A stretch of DNA of 62,121 bases, the filler included, from Coriobacteriales bacterium (GTDB taxonomy: Bacteria > Actinomycetota > Coriobacteriia > Coriobacteriales > UBA8131): NCBI GenBank assembly GCA_031263105.1. It is 3 parts of 3 records of this genome, joined end to end, with 100 filler letters (N's around TTAATTAATTAA, not from the genome) between each part and the next. Parts side by side here need not be neighbours in the genome. Positions count along the whole stretch, not along the records: positions 39,404 to 62,121 come from JAISGJ010000106.1; 2 more parts are not named here. One strand, written 5' to 3'. Below the pieces are notes generated by a model. It saw only the letters and a list, made by a program, of their open reading frames with translations. It was not told where the DNA came from and searched no databases. Below, piece by piece: positions 46,744-57,549 of the stretch; the first letter of the stretch is position 1, and the number at the start of each line of letters is the position of its first letter. A program made the position numbers and the translations under genes.

Positions 46744-47730
46744 TCACAGCTGCGCTTCGACGATTCCCCTCAGGGCCTCGACGTGGGCGGGGGACTCGTT
46801 CAGGCAGGGGATGTAGCCGAAGCGGCCGTCGGGGAAGTCGCCCTCCAGCTCGCCTCTGAGGCGCTTCTCGATGTCGTAGAGGGTCTCGGTGCAATCGACG
46901 GAGAAGCCGGGGCAGACGATGCGGAGGTTCTCGACGCCCTGCGCCTTCAGCTCCTCTATCCGCGTATGGAGGAAAGGCCCCAGCCAGCGCTGGGTGTCGT
47001 CGAACTGGGACTGGTAGGCCACGCTGAAGCTGCCTTCCGGCAAGCCGAGGACGTCGGCGACGGCACGGGCGCCCTCCTCGACCTGCCGGGGGTAGGGGTC
47101 CCCCCTGCGCACATCCTTCAGCGGGACGGAATGGAACGAGAGCAGCAGGTGGGCCTTCGAGGGATCCTGGGGCAGATGGGGACGGATGGAGCCCGCAAGC
47201 GCGTGGAGCCAGGCGGGGTCGTCGAAGTAGTCCCATACGAAACTGACGTCAGGGCCGTACGAGAGGCGAGGGAGCAGCCGCATGAGCTCGTCATGGACGC
47301 TGTGCGTCGTCGGGAAGGCCTGCTGCGGGTAGAGCGGCAGGACGACGAGGCGGCCTATTCCCTGCTGCTGGAACTCGCGCAGCCCGTCTGCCATGGAGGG
47401 GCTGCCGTAGCGATGCGTCATCCGCACCAGTGCCCGGACGTCCCCCTTCTCCGCGAACGAGCGCGCGAGCGCGCGCTCCAAGGCCTCGGAGTGGAGGGTG
47501 TAGGGCGAGCCTTCTGGCGTCCAGATGCGCTGATAGATGCCCACGGTCTTTGCGGGGCGTATCCGTAAGACGATGCCGTTCAGCACCGGCCTCCACAGAA
47601 GGACGGGCAGGTTCACGATGCGCCGATCCATGAGGAAGCGGCGCAGGTAGCCGACCACCGCGTCCTTGGTGGGGGCTTCAGGGGTGCCCGTGTTAACGAG
47701 AAGTATGCCGATGGAGAGTTTGGAGTCCAT
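46744..47730 (-). CDS. hemH: Ferrochelatase
   Basis: LLVNTGTP, LPLYPQ, LSFHSVP, GDPY, YQSQF, WLGP, PGFSVDCTETL. Confidence 0.92.
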   Translation of the reverse strand: MDSKLSIGILLVNTGTPEAPTKDAVVGYLRRFLMDRRIVNLPVLLWRPVLNGIVLRIRPAKTVGIYQRIWTPEGSPYTLHSEALERALARSFAEKGDVRALVRMTHRYGSPSMADGLREFQQQGIGRLVVLPLYPQQAFPTTHSVHDELMRLLPRLSYGPDVSFVWDYFDDPAWLHALAGSIRPHLPQDPSKAHLLLSFHSVPLKDVRRGDPYPRQVEEGARAVADVLGLPEGSFSVAYQSQFDDTQRWLGPFLHTRIEELKAQGVENLRIVCPGFSVDCTETLYDIEKRLRGELEGDFPDGRFGYIPCLNESPAHVEALRGIVEAQL

Positions 47731-47806
47731 AACCCTCTCAGTTTAGCGCATAGGGGAGGGGATTGCGACGGTATGCGGCATAATGGATGCACTATACTGA
47801 TTGACG

Positions 47807-47970
47807 GTTACTGTTCACACCCCCACTGTCATCCCGAGCCTGCCGAGGGATCCTCGGCCGCGCAAGCGGCCGACCGCAGGCCGGAGGGCCCCCTGGCCCG
47901 CCGTTGGACACTGCGTGTCCAAAGATTCCTCGGCGGGGCTCGGAATGACAGTGGGGGTGTGAACAGTAAC
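47807..47970. mobile_element. MITE copy E (164 bp)
   Basis: Perfect 26-bp TIR GTTACTGTTCACACCCCCACTGTCAT; flanks GATTGACG / GATTGGCG (7/8). Confidence 0.92.
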
Positions 47971-48035
47971 GATTGGCGGCAGTGCCCGGCGGGTTCGGCG
48001 GGCCGGACGGGCCCGCATGCGGGTCGGAAGGAGTC

Positions 48036-49625
48036 ATGGTGGCACAGGGTCCGTTGAAGGTCACGTTCCCGGAGAGGGGCGTCAGCGTCGCGGCCGAACG
48101 GGGCGACAACCTGCTTGCGCTCATCCGTGAGGCGGGCCTCCCCCTCGACGCAGACTGTGGAGGCACCGGTCGCTGCGGGAAGTGCAGGGCCCTTCTCAAC
48201 GGGGAGCCGTGCCTTGCCTGCACGGCCTACATCACAGGCGACAGCGAGGTGCGCATCCCCTTCGCCCCTGCGGAGCGTGCGGCCCGTGCCGGCGAGGGCT
48301 ATGCCATACTCGACGACTGGGTGCCGACGGCGGGCGCGGATGCGGAGGCTGCCTTGGGAGCTGCCGCAGGGGTTGCTCCGGATGCGGCGGCCCGTCCTTC
48401 CTCGGGCGGCTGTGCGCTGGCAATCGACATCGGGACGACCACGGTGGCGGCACGGCTCGTCGACCGTGCGAGCGGCCGCGAGGCCGGCTCCTTCGCCCTG
48501 CTCAACGCCCAGACGGCCTACGGGGCCGACGTCCTCTCACGCATCGAGGCGTCCCTTGACGACTCCTCGGTCCTCTCGGCGCTCATAACGGCACAGCTGG
48601 ACACCGCCGTGGCGGCCCTGCTCAAGGAGCGCCGTATCGCCCGGGAGCAGGTGGAGAAGGTCGTCATTGCAGCCAACACCGCCATGTCCTATATCTTGTT
48701 GGGCCTGCCGTGCCGCTCGCTGGGCCTTGCCCCTTTCGAACCCGCGTTCCCTCCGGGGGGGCCGTACCCCTACCCGGAGGTGTTCGGATCCGACACCCTT
48801 GCCTGCGACTGTGACGTGCTGCCCTTCATCTCTGCCTATGTCGGCGGCGACCTCGTCGCAGGGCTCTGCGCACTGCACGGCGAGGACGACTTCGTCCTCA
48901 TGGACATGGGGACGAACGGGGAGCTGCTGTTCAAGCGCGGCGAGCGGCTGCTCTGCACCGCGACCGCCGCCGGCCCGGCCTTCGAGGGGGGCAGCATCGA
49001 ATGCGGCAGCGGCAGCGTGCAGGGGGCCGTGTCGTCCGTGAGCTGCGAGGGAGGCGGCTTCCGGCTCAAGACCATAGGGGCCGCCCCGCCGATCAGCATC
49101 TGCGGCTCAGGGATACTCGACCTCATGGCCGTCCTGTTGCGAGAGGGCCTTGTGGATAGGACCGGGCTTCTCTCCGAACGCGTTGCGGACGGCAGGGTCG
49201 TGCTCTGGGAGGGCACGGGCCCTGCCGCCGAGGAATCCGGTGCCGAGAGGCACGGTGCCGAGGGGGAGGTGTCCTTCACGCAGAAGGACGTGCGACAGTT
49301 CCAGCTTGCGAAGGGGGCGGTGCGCGCGGGGCTTGCCGTCCTCATCGAGGAGATGGGCGCAGGGCCTCCCTCCCAGGTCTTCCTGGCAGGCGGCTTCGGG
49401 CAGGCCCTCGACCCGGGAAGCGCCGTCGCGGTCGGTCTTCTCCCCAGGGAGTTCGAGGGCCGTGTGCATGCGATAGGCAACAGCAGCCTGGGCGGCGCCG
49501 TCAAGGTCTGCCTGAACGACACGGTGCGCTCGGAGGTCGTCTCGTCCATAGCGCATGCCCAAGAGGTCAACCTGGCCACCCATCGGCGCTTCAACGACCT
49601 GTTCATGGAGCACATGCTGTTCTGA
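48036..49625 (+). CDS. RACo/AcsV-type ASKHA reductive activator of corrinoid proteins with N-terminal 2Fe-2S domain
   Basis: CGGTGRCGKC...CLAC, AIDIGTTTV, GADVLSRI, DMGTNGE, AAGPAFEG, ICGSG, LAGGFG; GAAGGAG RBS. Confidence 0.9.
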   Translation: MVAQGPLKVTFPERGVSVAAERGDNLLALIREAGLPLDADCGGTGRCGKCRALLNGEPCLACTAYITGDSEVRIPFAPAERAARAGEGYAILDDWVPTAGADAEAALGAAAGVAPDAAARPSSGGCALAIDIGTTTVAARLVDRASGREAGSFALLNAQTAYGADVLSRIEASLDDSSVLSALITAQLDTAVAALLKERRIAREQVEKVVIAANTAMSYILLGLPCRSLGLAPFEPAFPPGGPYPYPEVFGSDTLACDCDVLPFISAYVGGDLVAGLCALHGEDDFVLMDMGTNGELLFKRGERLLCTATAAGPAFEGGSIECGSGSVQGAVSSVSCEGGGFRLKTIGAAPPISICGSGILDLMAVLLREGLVDRTGLLSERVADGRVVLWEGTGPAAEESGAERHGAEGEVSFTQKDVRQFQLAKGAVRAGLAVLIEEMGAGPPSQVFLAGGFGQALDPGSAVAVGLLPREFEGRVHAIGNSSLGGAVKVCLNDTVRSEVVSSIAHAQEVNLATHRRFNDLFMEHMLF

Positions 49626-49726
49626 CTCCTGCGCCCTGCGCATCGTCCGCTCTCTGTTCGTCCCCGCCCTGCCCTGCAGCGGGCCGCATCACAGGACGCG
49701 CCCTGCCTGCCCCGCCTCTGTGCGCG

Positions 49727-50590
49727 TCAGCGTCCGCAGGCATCCTCCGCCTTGCCTGCTGCGGCGACGACATGCTTGACGAGGACGCTGGTCGTCACCG
49801 TGCCCACGCCGCCGGGCACCGGGGTGAGGGCGGCGGCCTTGGCCTGGGCTGCCGCGAAGTCCACGTCGCCGACCAATGTGCCGTCTGCGGCGACGTTGAT
49901 GCCCACGTCCATGACGACCTGGCCCTCGGAGAGGCAGCTGCCGCCTATCATCCGGGCGCGCCCGACACAGGCGACGACGATGTCTGCCTCCCGGACGAGG
50001 GCGGGAAGGTCCCGTGTGCGGGAATGGGCGATGTCCACGGTCGCGTGGCGGCCGAGCAGCATCATGGCGAGCGGCCTTCCCACGACGAGGCTGCGCCCGA
50101 TCACCACGGCGCGCCTGCCCTCGCACGTTATGCGGTAATGGTCGAGCATCTCCAGACAGGCGGCGGCCGTGCAGGGAGGGAAGCCGGTCGTTCCGCCCGT
50201 GAAGACGGACGCAAGCGACAGGTCGGTGATGCCGTCGACGTCCTTCTCGGGGGCCAGGGCGTTGCGGACGGCGTGCTCGTCGACATGCGAGGGAAGGGGA
50301 TGGAGCACCAGCACCCCATGGACGGAGTCGTCGCGGTTCAGCCCGGTGACGGCATCCATGAGCCCTTCGGTCGTGACCTCGGAGGGGAGGTGCATGCTTC
50401 GGGGCCTGACGCCGACCTCCCGGGCGCGCCTCGTCGCGCTGCGCTCGTAGGAGACGGCGTCCTCCCGCTCCCCGACGCGCACGATGGCGAGCGTCGGTGT
50501 GACCCCTCGGGCCTCAAGCGCCGAGACCGCAGGGGCCAGGTCCCTGCTCAGGGCCGCGACGACCTCCGACCCCCGTAAGAGCTCCGCCAT
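49727..50590 (-). CDS. folD: Methylene-THF dehydrogenase/cyclohydrolase
   Basis: KDVDG, PCT, GRSLVVGRP, DVGIN, TPVPGGVG. Confidence 0.93.
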   Translation of the reverse strand: MAELLRGSEVVAALSRDLAPAVSALEARGVTPTLAIVRVGEREDAVSYERSATRRAREVGVRPRSMHLPSEVTTEGLMDAVTGLNRDDSVHGVLVLHPLPSHVDEHAVRNALAPEKDVDGITDLSLASVFTGGTTGFPPCTAAACLEMLDHYRITCEGRRAVVIGRSLVVGRPLAMMLLGRHATVDIAHSRTRDLPALVREADIVVACVGRARMIGGSCLSEGQVVMDVGINVAADGTLVGDVDFAAAQAKAAALTPVPGGVGTVTTSVLVKHVVAAAGKAEDACGR

Positions 50591-50610
50591 GTCGGTTCCC
50601 TTCCTTGTCC

Positions 50611-51309
50611 CTATGCGGACGGCGCGGCAAGGCGCACGGAGACCTCTGCGAAGAGCGCGTCGGCACGGGGCACGTACTCCTCAAGGAGCGCACGGGCCTC
50701 CCGGTCGACCTCCTCGGCATGGCTGCGGTTCTGCATCAGGGCGGTGTTGGCAAGGACGTTCAGGCTCGCTGCCTGAAGCGCCGCCTTGCAGCAGACGGCC
50801 CCGCAACCCACATCGCTTATGGCAAGGGCGGCGCCCTTGGCGGCGAACTGCTCGTGCAGGCCTATCGCCTCGCAGCACTTCTCCATGATCTGGAGCGGGA
50901 CGGCGCAGCACGTGCACAGGCACTCCTCCATGACCTCGGTCCTGTGCGTGCGCTCGGCATCGTTGCCCTTGGGAAGCCCGTAGGCGCGCGAGAGCGGCAG
51001 GAAGGCCTCGGCATCCTGCTCGACGAGGGAGAGAAGGGCGTCCTGGAGGGCGTCCGTCTGCTCCTTGAGGAGAGCGACGTCCTGCTCGACGTCGGCGTAC
51101 CGGGGCTTCCCGATGGTCAGGGATCCCACCATGTTGCCGAGTGCGGCCCCTATCGCCCCCACGAGCGCCGCCGCGCCGCCGCCGCCCGGGACGGGCGCCT
51201 TGGAGGCCAGAGCCTCGACGAAGCCGTCGCAGGGCAGCGCCGCGAGGCTTGGGGGGGTTCCTGCGGATGCCCTCGCGTCCGTGCCCCTGTCCGTGTCTGC
51301 CGCGCCCAT
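50611..51309 (-). CDS. fchA: Cyclodeaminase/methenyl-THF cyclohydrolase family (FchA)
   Basis: LASKAPVPGGG, MVGSLT.GK, DAEAF, SDV, LNV.AN; lies between fhs and folD. Confidence 0.85.
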   Translation of the reverse strand: MGAADTDRGTDARASAGTPPSLAALPCDGFVEALASKAPVPGGGGAAALVGAIGAALGNMVGSLTIGKPRYADVEQDVALLKEQTDALQDALLSLVEQDAEAFLPLSRAYGLPKGNDAERTHRTEVMEECLCTCCAVPLQIMEKCCEAIGLHEQFAAKGAALAISDVGCGAVCCKAALQAASLNVLANTALMQNRSHAEEVDREARALLEEYVPRADALFAEVSVRLAAPSA

Positions 51310-52985
51310 CAGAACAGCCCGCTTATCCTGCCGGAGGCGTCCACGTCGATCCTCTCGGCCGCCGGTGCCTTGGGGAGCCCCGGCATCGTCATGATGTCCC
51401 CGGTCAGCGCCACGACGAAGCCCGCCCCCGCCGACACCTTGAGCTCGCGCACCGTGACGCGGAAGCCCTCGGGCGCCCCGAGCAGGGCGGGGTCGTCGGA
51501 GAAGGAGTACTGCGTCTTGGCGACGCAGACCGGCAGGCCGCCGAAGCCCAGCTCCTCCAGCGCCTTGGCCTGCGCCTTGGCCTGCGGCGTCAGGTCGACG
51601 CCGTCCGCGCGGTAGACCCTCGTCGCGACCGCATGCAGCTTCTCCTCTATCGGGAGTTCGTCCGGGTAGCTGAACGCAAAGCTGTTTGGGCGATTTGCGA
51701 GACGCACGACCTCCTCCGCAAGTGCCAAGCCGCCTTCGCCGCCTTTGGCCCAGACCTCGGATTGGGCGACGTTGACCCCCAGCTCACGACATCTGTCTTC
51801 CACAAGCCTCAGCTCGGCAGGCGTGTCGGTGGGAAACTGGTTGACGGCGACCACACAGGGCAGTCGGTAGACCTCTGTGATGTTTCCGACGTGTCGGAGC
51901 AGGTTGGGAAGCCCAGCTTCCAAGGCATCGAGGTCTTCTGTGCCCAATTGGTCTTTTGCCGCGCCGCCGTGCATCTTCAGGGCGCGCACGGTGGCGACCA
52001 CGACGACGGCATCGGGCTTGAGCCCTGCAACGCGGCACTTGATGTCCAGGAACTTCTCTGCGCCAAGGTCCGCGCCGAAGCCCGCCTCGGTGATCGCATA
52101 GTCGCCCAAGGACAGCGCCATGCGCGTGGCGATGACGGAGTTGCAGCCGTGCGCGATGTTGGCGAAGGGGCCGCCGTGGACGAATGCGGGGGTGCCCTCC
52201 AGCGTCTGCACGAGGTTGGGCCTCAGGGCGTCCTTCAGCAGCGCCGTCATCGCGCCCTGGGCATTCAGGTCGCCTGCGGTGATGGGTTCGCCCGTGCGCG
52301 AATAGGCGACGATGATCCTGGACAGGCGCGCCTTGAGGTCGGCGACCGATGTCGCAAGGCAAAATATCGCCATGACCTCGGAGGCCACCGTGATGTCGAA
52401 GCCGTCCTCCCGTGGCAGGCCGTTCGTTCTTCCGCCAAGGCCGTCCACGACGGAGCGCAGCTGGCGGTCGTTCATGTCCACGCAGCGCCGCCAGGTGACG
52501 TTGCGGGTGTCGACGTCCAGCGCGTTCCCCTGGTGGATGTGGTTGTCGAGCATCGCTGCCAAGAGGTTGTTGGCCGCGCCTATGGCGTGGAAGTCGCCCG
52601 TGAAGTGCAGGTTTATGTCCTCCATGGGAACCACCTGGGCGTACCCTCCGCCTGCCGCCCCTCCCTTGACGCCGAAAACCGGCCCGAGCGAGGGCTCGCG
52701 CAGGGCGACGACGACGCTCTTGCCGAGGCGGGCCAGCCCGTCCGCGAGCCCCACGGTCGTGGTGGTCTTGCCCTCGCCTGCCGGCGTGGGCGTGATTGCC
52801 GTGACCAGGACGAGCTTCCCGTCGGCCTTCCCCGCCTTTTCCTCGAGGACGTCGTGGTCGACCTTGGCCTTGTAACGGCCGTAGGGCTCAAGGCGCTCCG
52901 ATCCTATCCCCAGCCTCCTGGCGATCTCCGCGATTGGGCGGGGGGTGACGGATTGTGCGATCTCGATGTCCGATGGGAGGCTCAT
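51309..52985 (-). CDS. fhs: Formate--tetrahydrofolate ligase
   Basis: [42 protein letters not shown] 52985. Confidence 0.97.
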   Translation of the reverse strand: MSLPSDIEIAQSVTPRPIAEIARRLGIGSERLEPYGRYKAKVDHDVLEEKAGKADGKLVLVTAITPTPAGEGKTTTTVGLADGLARLGKSVVVALREPSLGPVFGVKGGAAGGGYAQVVPMEDINLHFTGDFHAIGAANNLLAAMLDNHIHQGNALDVDTRNVTWRRCVDMNDRQLRSVVDGLGGRTNGLPREDGFDITVASEVMAIFCLATSVADLKARLSRIIVAYSRTGEPITAGDLNAQGAMTALLKDALRPNLVQTLEGTPAFVHGGPFANIAHGCNSVIATRMALSLGDYAITEAGFGADLGAEKFLDIKCRVAGLKPDAVVVVATVRALKMHGGAAKDQLGTEDLDALEAGLPNLLRHVGNITEVYRLPCVVAVNQFPTDTPAELRLVEDRCRELGVNVAQSEVWAKGGEGGLALAEEVVRLANRPNSFAFSYPDELPIEEKLHAVATRVYRADGVDLTPQAKAQAKALEELGFGGLPVCVAKTQYSFSDDPALLGAPEGFRVTVRELKVSAGAGFVVALTGDIMTMPGLPKAPAAERIDVDASGRISGLF

Positions 52986-53040
52986 GTCCTTTTCCTTTCC
53001 TGTCCAGGTCTCATGCGGTTGTTTGCCCTGTGCGGGCCTT

Positions 53041-54693
53041 TCATTGCGGCGCGTCCTGTCGGGGCCCCTGCGTGCCGTCCTTGTCCTTTGCCCCGTCTGC
53101 ATCCCCGCCCCTGCGCCCGCCGGGCCGCGCCCGTTCCCCTTGGGGAGGCAGGTACTGGCGGTGCGCCGCGTTGTCCCTGCCGTGCGTGTAGTTGCTCCAA
53201 GCCGAGGTCTCGAAGAGCTCCCAGTTGTTGGGCGGCGTGATGCAGCGGTCGAGCTTGGAGAGCTCGCCGTGCTTCCTCAGACGGTAATAGGCCTTGAAGT
53301 GGATGCAGAAGCGTTCCTGCGGGTAGACCTCGCACCAGCCGTCCTTGCTTCCCCCGCACGGCCCGTTGCGCTGGCATTTGGGGCATTGGGCCATCGGGCA
53401 GCTGTAGCCCGCCGACTCGAGCCCGCAGTCCCCGCAGTCCACGCAGCCGTACAGCGCGGTCTTCCCCAAGTGCTCCAGGCCATGATGGCGGTGGGGGCCC
53501 TTCTTGCGCTCGCGCCTGTCCATGACGCGCATCAGGAGCCGGAAGCCGCGTTTGCCCTTGGTGAGGACCCAGTAATGGAAGAAGCGCGATACCCCGTAGC
53601 CTCGGAATATCCTGCGGTCGTGGGGCGCCTCGGCGGGAGGGGAGGGGAGAGGCGCGCCAAGGGCACGTGTGCCGTCCTTTCCATCGTCCGTCTGCCGGTA
53701 CAGGTAGAAGCCTCCGGGCCTTCCGTGGGCTATCTCTTCCGCCCACTCGCGCCATCGGCCCTGCATCTCCTCGGCGTCGTCGAGGACCTGTCCGACGATC
53801 TCGGAAGTGAGGCCCGTGCCGCCGATATGGACGCCTGCATAGCCGAGGCCACGGGCCACGGCTATCATCTTCGCGGCCCTGAGACAGCGTGCCCCAAGGC
53901 CCTTGTCTGTGGCCTTCGCCTCGTCCCTCAGCGTCGTCAGCAGCCCCTCGCCCACATAGGCGCCGGGGACGTTTCCCTCGCTCATATAGCGTGCGGCCCC
54001 GGCCGTCAGGAGGTAGACGTTCGCTATCACAGGCGTGCCGTAGCCGCGCGCGCGCAGATAGGCCATGAGCTCTTCCATCTTGCGGGCGTCGTAGCCCAGC
54101 TGCGAGACGACGAACCGGGCGCCGCCGGCGATCTTCTTCTCGAGCTTGAGGTACTGGGTGACGGTCTCGCCCTCGGTCCACTTGAAGGGGCTGACCACCG
54201 CGCCTGGGAAGAAGCTGGCAGGGACCTCCCTGGCGTCTCCGCGCGGCGTCGCCTGCGTCAGGCCCGTGTTCATGTCCTGTATCATCTGGAGCGTGTGGAT
54301 GGGGTCGAGGTCGAACACGGGGCGCGGCCTGCCTCCCCAGCCGGACTGCACGTAGTCGCCGCTCATGACGAGGAGGTTCTCCATGCCACGCCGCTGCAGC
54401 GCGTAGAGCTGGCTTTGCATCTGGTTGCGGTTGCGGTCCTTGCAGGTGAAGTGCAGGAGCGTCGTGATGCCCTTCTCGTGGAGCTCCTCTGCAACGGCAT
54501 CTGCCAAGAGCGCAGGGTTGCCCCCCGGGTTGTCCGTTATCGAGATGGCATGGACGCGCCCGCCCGCATATATGCGCTCGGCCTCCTCGATCTCCCGTAA
54601 CTGGGCGGCCTCGTTCGCGCCGCGCCCGGGTATCGTCTCGACCGTGACGACGAACTCGCCGCGCCCCAGCGCCTCTCTCAATCGGTTCGACAC
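53041..54693 (-). CDS. metF: Methylene-THF reductase with a fused C-terminal Cys-rich MetV-like domain
   Basis: [30 protein letters not shown]-terminal CVDCGDC..CP..CPK..RNGPCGG....CE......C. Confidence 0.88.
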   Translation of the reverse strand: MSNRLREALGRGEFVVTVETIPGRGANEAAQLREIEEAERIYAGGRVHAISITDNPGGNPALLADAVAEELHEKGITTLLHFTCKDRNRNQMQSQLYALQRRGMENLLVMSGDYVQSGWGGRPRPVFDLDPIHTLQMIQDMNTGLTQATPRGDAREVPASFFPGAVVSPFKWTEGETVTQYLKLEKKIAGGARFVVSQLGYDARKMEELMAYLRARGYGTPVIANVYLLTAGAARYMSEGNVPGAYVGEGLLTTLRDEAKATDKGLGARCLRAAKMIAVARGLGYAGVHIGGTGLTSEIVGQVLDDAEEMQGRWREWAEEIAHGRPGGFYLYRQTDDGKDGTRALGAPLPSPPAEAPHDRRIFRGYGVSRFFHYWVLTKGKRGFRLLMRVMDRRERKKGPHRHHGLEHLGKTALYGCVDCGDCGLESAGYSCPMAQCPKCQRNGPCGGSKDGWCEVYPQERFCIHFKAYYRLRKHGELSKLDRCITPPNNWELFETSAWSNYTHGRDNAAHRQYLPPQGERARPGGRRGGDADGAKDKDGTQGPRQDAPQ

Positions 54694-54856
54694 GAACAGG
54701 GCCTCCTTATCGACCTGTCGTCCTGCCCCTTAAGGCATGCCCTGCCGTCGGGCATCGCCATGCAGTCCGGCGCCTCCTTCTTGCCGCATGCATCGCCACG
54801 GTCGGCGCTGCCTTGCAGTTGTGCGGTGCCCGTCGTCACGCTAGAATGGCCTTCCC

Positions 54857-55411
54857 ATGGACAAGGCAGGCACAAAGCAGATGCTCCGGGACACGCTGCT
54901 CGCCAGACGCGACGGGCTGCCCCCTGCCGAGCGCCGGCGTCTGAGCGGCCGTATCGTCGCGCGCCTGACCGGCGATGTGCGCGTTCGCGACGCGACGACG
55001 GTGCTCTCGTACCAGCCCTTCGGCAGCGAGGTCGACGTCGGCGCCTTCAACGACTGGGCGGTCCTGCACGGCAAGACGCTCGCCTTCCCTTTCTGCCACG
55101 GCGCAGGCATCATGGAGGCGCTCGTTCCCAGCAGCATCGATGCGCTTGTGAAAGGCCGCTATGGCATCGTCGCGCCCGACCCGGAACGTTCGCGTACCAT
55201 CATACCTGAAGCGCTCGACCTTATCCTCGTGCCCTGCGTGGGATTCGACGAGGGGCTCGTGCGTCTGGGGATGGGCGGCGGCTTCTATGACCGCTACTTG
55301 CTCCAGTGCACGAAGGCCGTCAAGCTGGGGGTGGCCTTCCTGTCACAGAAGGTGCCAAAGGTCGCACGTGAGCCCTGGGACGCCGTCTTGGACGAGGTGG
55401 TCTGCGCGTAG
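54857..55411 (+). CDS. 5-formyl-THF cyclo-ligase
   Basis: K..LR...LARR, SEVD, LILVPCVGFD, RLGMGGGFYDRYL. Confidence 0.93.
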   Translation: MDKAGTKQMLRDTLLARRDGLPPAERRRLSGRIVARLTGDVRVRDATTVLSYQPFGSEVDVGAFNDWAVLHGKTLAFPFCHGAGIMEALVPSSIDALVKGRYGIVAPDPERSRTIIPEALDLILVPCVGFDEGLVRLGMGGGFYDRYLLQCTKAVKLGVAFLSQKVPKVAREPWDAVLDEVVCA

Positions 55412-55453
55412 GCCTGTGCGCAGCCGCATTGCCGCGATGCCGTTGTCCGGCCC

Positions 55454-55888
55454 TTATCGGCCCCTTGCCTTGACGACGACCTGCGCGCCGCCGCGCACGA
55501 CCTCATGGCCGTCCTGGTTGCAGGCGCTGAGGGAGATGTCCACCAGTCCGTTGTAGGGGTTGCGCCTCTCGGTCCTGTCCACCGTCACCTTCCCGTACAG
55601 AACGTCGCCGGGATAGGTGGGGCGCGGCCACGACATATGGTTGGAGCGCCCCGCGACAAGCTCGTCCCCGAAGAGGTCGTGCTCCTTCACGAAGGTGCTC
55701 CAGACGAGCATGAACGACATGACCCCCGACGAGATAAGGCCCTCGAAGCGCGTCGTCTGCGCATAGCCCTCATCGAGGTGGAACGGGAGGGGGTCGTAGT
55801 CTTTGGCAAATGCCAGGACCTGCTCCTTCGTTATGGCGACAGGCGGAACCTCAAAGGCCTGTCCGACCTCGAACTCCTCGAAATACAT
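55454..55888 (-). CDS. MaoC-family dehydratase
   Basis: MYFEEFEVG, FA..YDP.PFH.D...A, P.YPGD. Confidence 0.88.
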   Translation of the reverse strand: MYFEEFEVGQAFEVPPVAITKEQVLAFAKDYDPLPFHLDEGYAQTTRFEGLISSGVMSFMLVWSTFVKEHDLFGDELVAGRSNHMSWPRPTYPGDVLYGKVTVDRTERRNPYNGLVDISLSACNQDGHEVVRGGAQVVVKARGR

Positions 55889-56484
55889 GGCAGTCGTTTC
55901 TCTGTGCAGGCAGCACCGGGCGGTAGCTTCACCCATAGGATAACGCATCATGCGCCATCAGGGGAAGGGAGGGCGTAAAAGCCGCTTCTCAGGGAGGGGA
56001 ATTATTGCGCAAGCGATCACCCCCTTCAAGGCACTGGGAAAACCAAAGGCTGTGCCACAGCCAATGCCCTTGGTCATCCCGCGATATTAAATATTACATA
56101 ACATGCATTATCAGACTTTTATGTATCGCCTTCACCGGGGAACACTGATAACCGAATTGCTGTGGTGCGGGAAGATCTCACGCAGGATGTTGTAGGTCAT
56201 ACGCTCACCGCTTGAGCCGGTATCCTTATACTCGCCGGTTCCCCTGACGCTATCGACAACCCAATCGCCTGCATCGAAGATATGATCCACACGCTTGGTA
56301 TACTCGATTTTTATACGATCGAGAAACCTCGGCTTCTTCACAGTGAGCTCCTTGTCGCAGTGGCCCCTATCTGCGAAGTATAGCACATACGACTATAAAC
56401 TTTTTCAAATATAGAAAACCTTCGGAAGATAACATAATTACAGGCTGCCATGTTGAACAATGGGCGGCATCAAGCAGCATCAAG

Positions 56485-56716
56485 GTTACACGTCGCACCC
56501 CCACTGTCATTCCGAGCTCCGCCGAGGAATCCTTGGACACGCAGTGTCCAACGGTGGGTCGGGGGGCCCTTCGACCTGCGGTCGACCGCTTGCGCGGTCG
56601 AAGATTCCTCGGCAGGCTCGGGATGACAGTGGGGCCGGGATGACAGTGGGGCCGGGATGACAGTGGGGCCGGGATGACAGTGGGGCCGGGATGACAGTGG
56701 GGGTGTGACGTGTAAC
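56485..56716. mobile_element. MITE copy F with five tandem 17-bp subterminal units
   Basis: GTTACACGTCGCACCCCC ... GGGGGTGTGACGTGTAAC; flanks GCATCAAG / GCATCGAG; (CGGGATGACAGTGGGGC)x5 at 56619-56703. Confidence 0.9.
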
Positions 56717-56854
56717 GCATCGAGCCTCCCCTATCAGTTCTTATCTCAAGGTTTGTTGGTCGCAGGCACATAAATATCGATATACTGGTACGGGCAAGCA
56801 ATGCGTCTCAATGAGACATCCTGCAAAGATAACTGGCGAAGGGGGCATGCAGCC

Positions 56855-57517
56855 ATGGACAACAACGACAAAGGCTACGTCTACATCCTCACCAATCCGA
56901 GCTTCAAGGACGACTGGGTGAAAATCGGCAAGAGCGCTCGGAAGGTGAACGTGCGGAGCAAGGAGCTTGACAACACGGCGGTGCCGCTCCCGTTCAGCAT
57001 CTTTGCCACGCTCAACACCGCCAAATACAATGCAGCAGAGAAGTTCATCCACAAGATGATTGACATGGTTGCTCCTGACATCCGTATCAGGAAGAGCCGT
57101 GAGTTCTTCAACATCACGCCAGTCAAGGCGTATGAGATATTGAAGCTCTGTGCCGAGCAGTACGACGACTCGGAGATCGAGGTCTATGACGATGACCTCC
57201 TCGCGGAAATAAGCGCAGGCAGCACGGGCGGCAAAAGCAAGCGGACACCACGTGCGGGGCGACTGACCTTTGAAATGCTCGGCATACCCGTGGGCACAGA
57301 CCTCGCCTTTTGCTCGCACGAGGACGTCACGGTCACGGTGGTGGACAAGGGCAGCACAGTCAGGATCGACGACCTCGAACTGTCGCTGTCTGCTGCCGCC
57401 CGCTACATCAGCGAGAAGCTGGGCACCGTCAATCAAAGTGGCTCCTATCAGGGCGGGCTATACTTCAAGTGCGACGGCGAGACGCTAACCGACATGAGAA
57501 AGCGGCTCGAACGGTAG
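56855..57517 (+). CDS. GIY-YIG-like nuclease (T5orf172 type)
   Basis: GYVYILTNPSF..WVKIG, TAVPLPF, E...H, REFF. Confidence 0.85.
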   Translation: MDNNDKGYVYILTNPSFKDDWVKIGKSARKVNVRSKELDNTAVPLPFSIFATLNTAKYNAAEKFIHKMIDMVAPDIRIRKSREFFNITPVKAYEILKLCAEQYDDSEIEVYDDDLLAEISAGSTGGKSKRTPRAGRLTFEMLGIPVGTDLAFCSHEDVTVTVVDKGSTVRIDDLELSLSAAARYISEKLGTVNQSGSYQGGLYFKCDGETLTDMRKRLER

Positions 57518-57549
57518 GGTATTTCTTGAACTGCTCTCAACCTTATTTA

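Noticed and set aside
56619..56703. CRISPR array (also considered for 32671-32763, 27057-27236 and 41615-41872)
   Set aside because: Units are contiguous without unique spacers, or only two long copies exist; no cas genes
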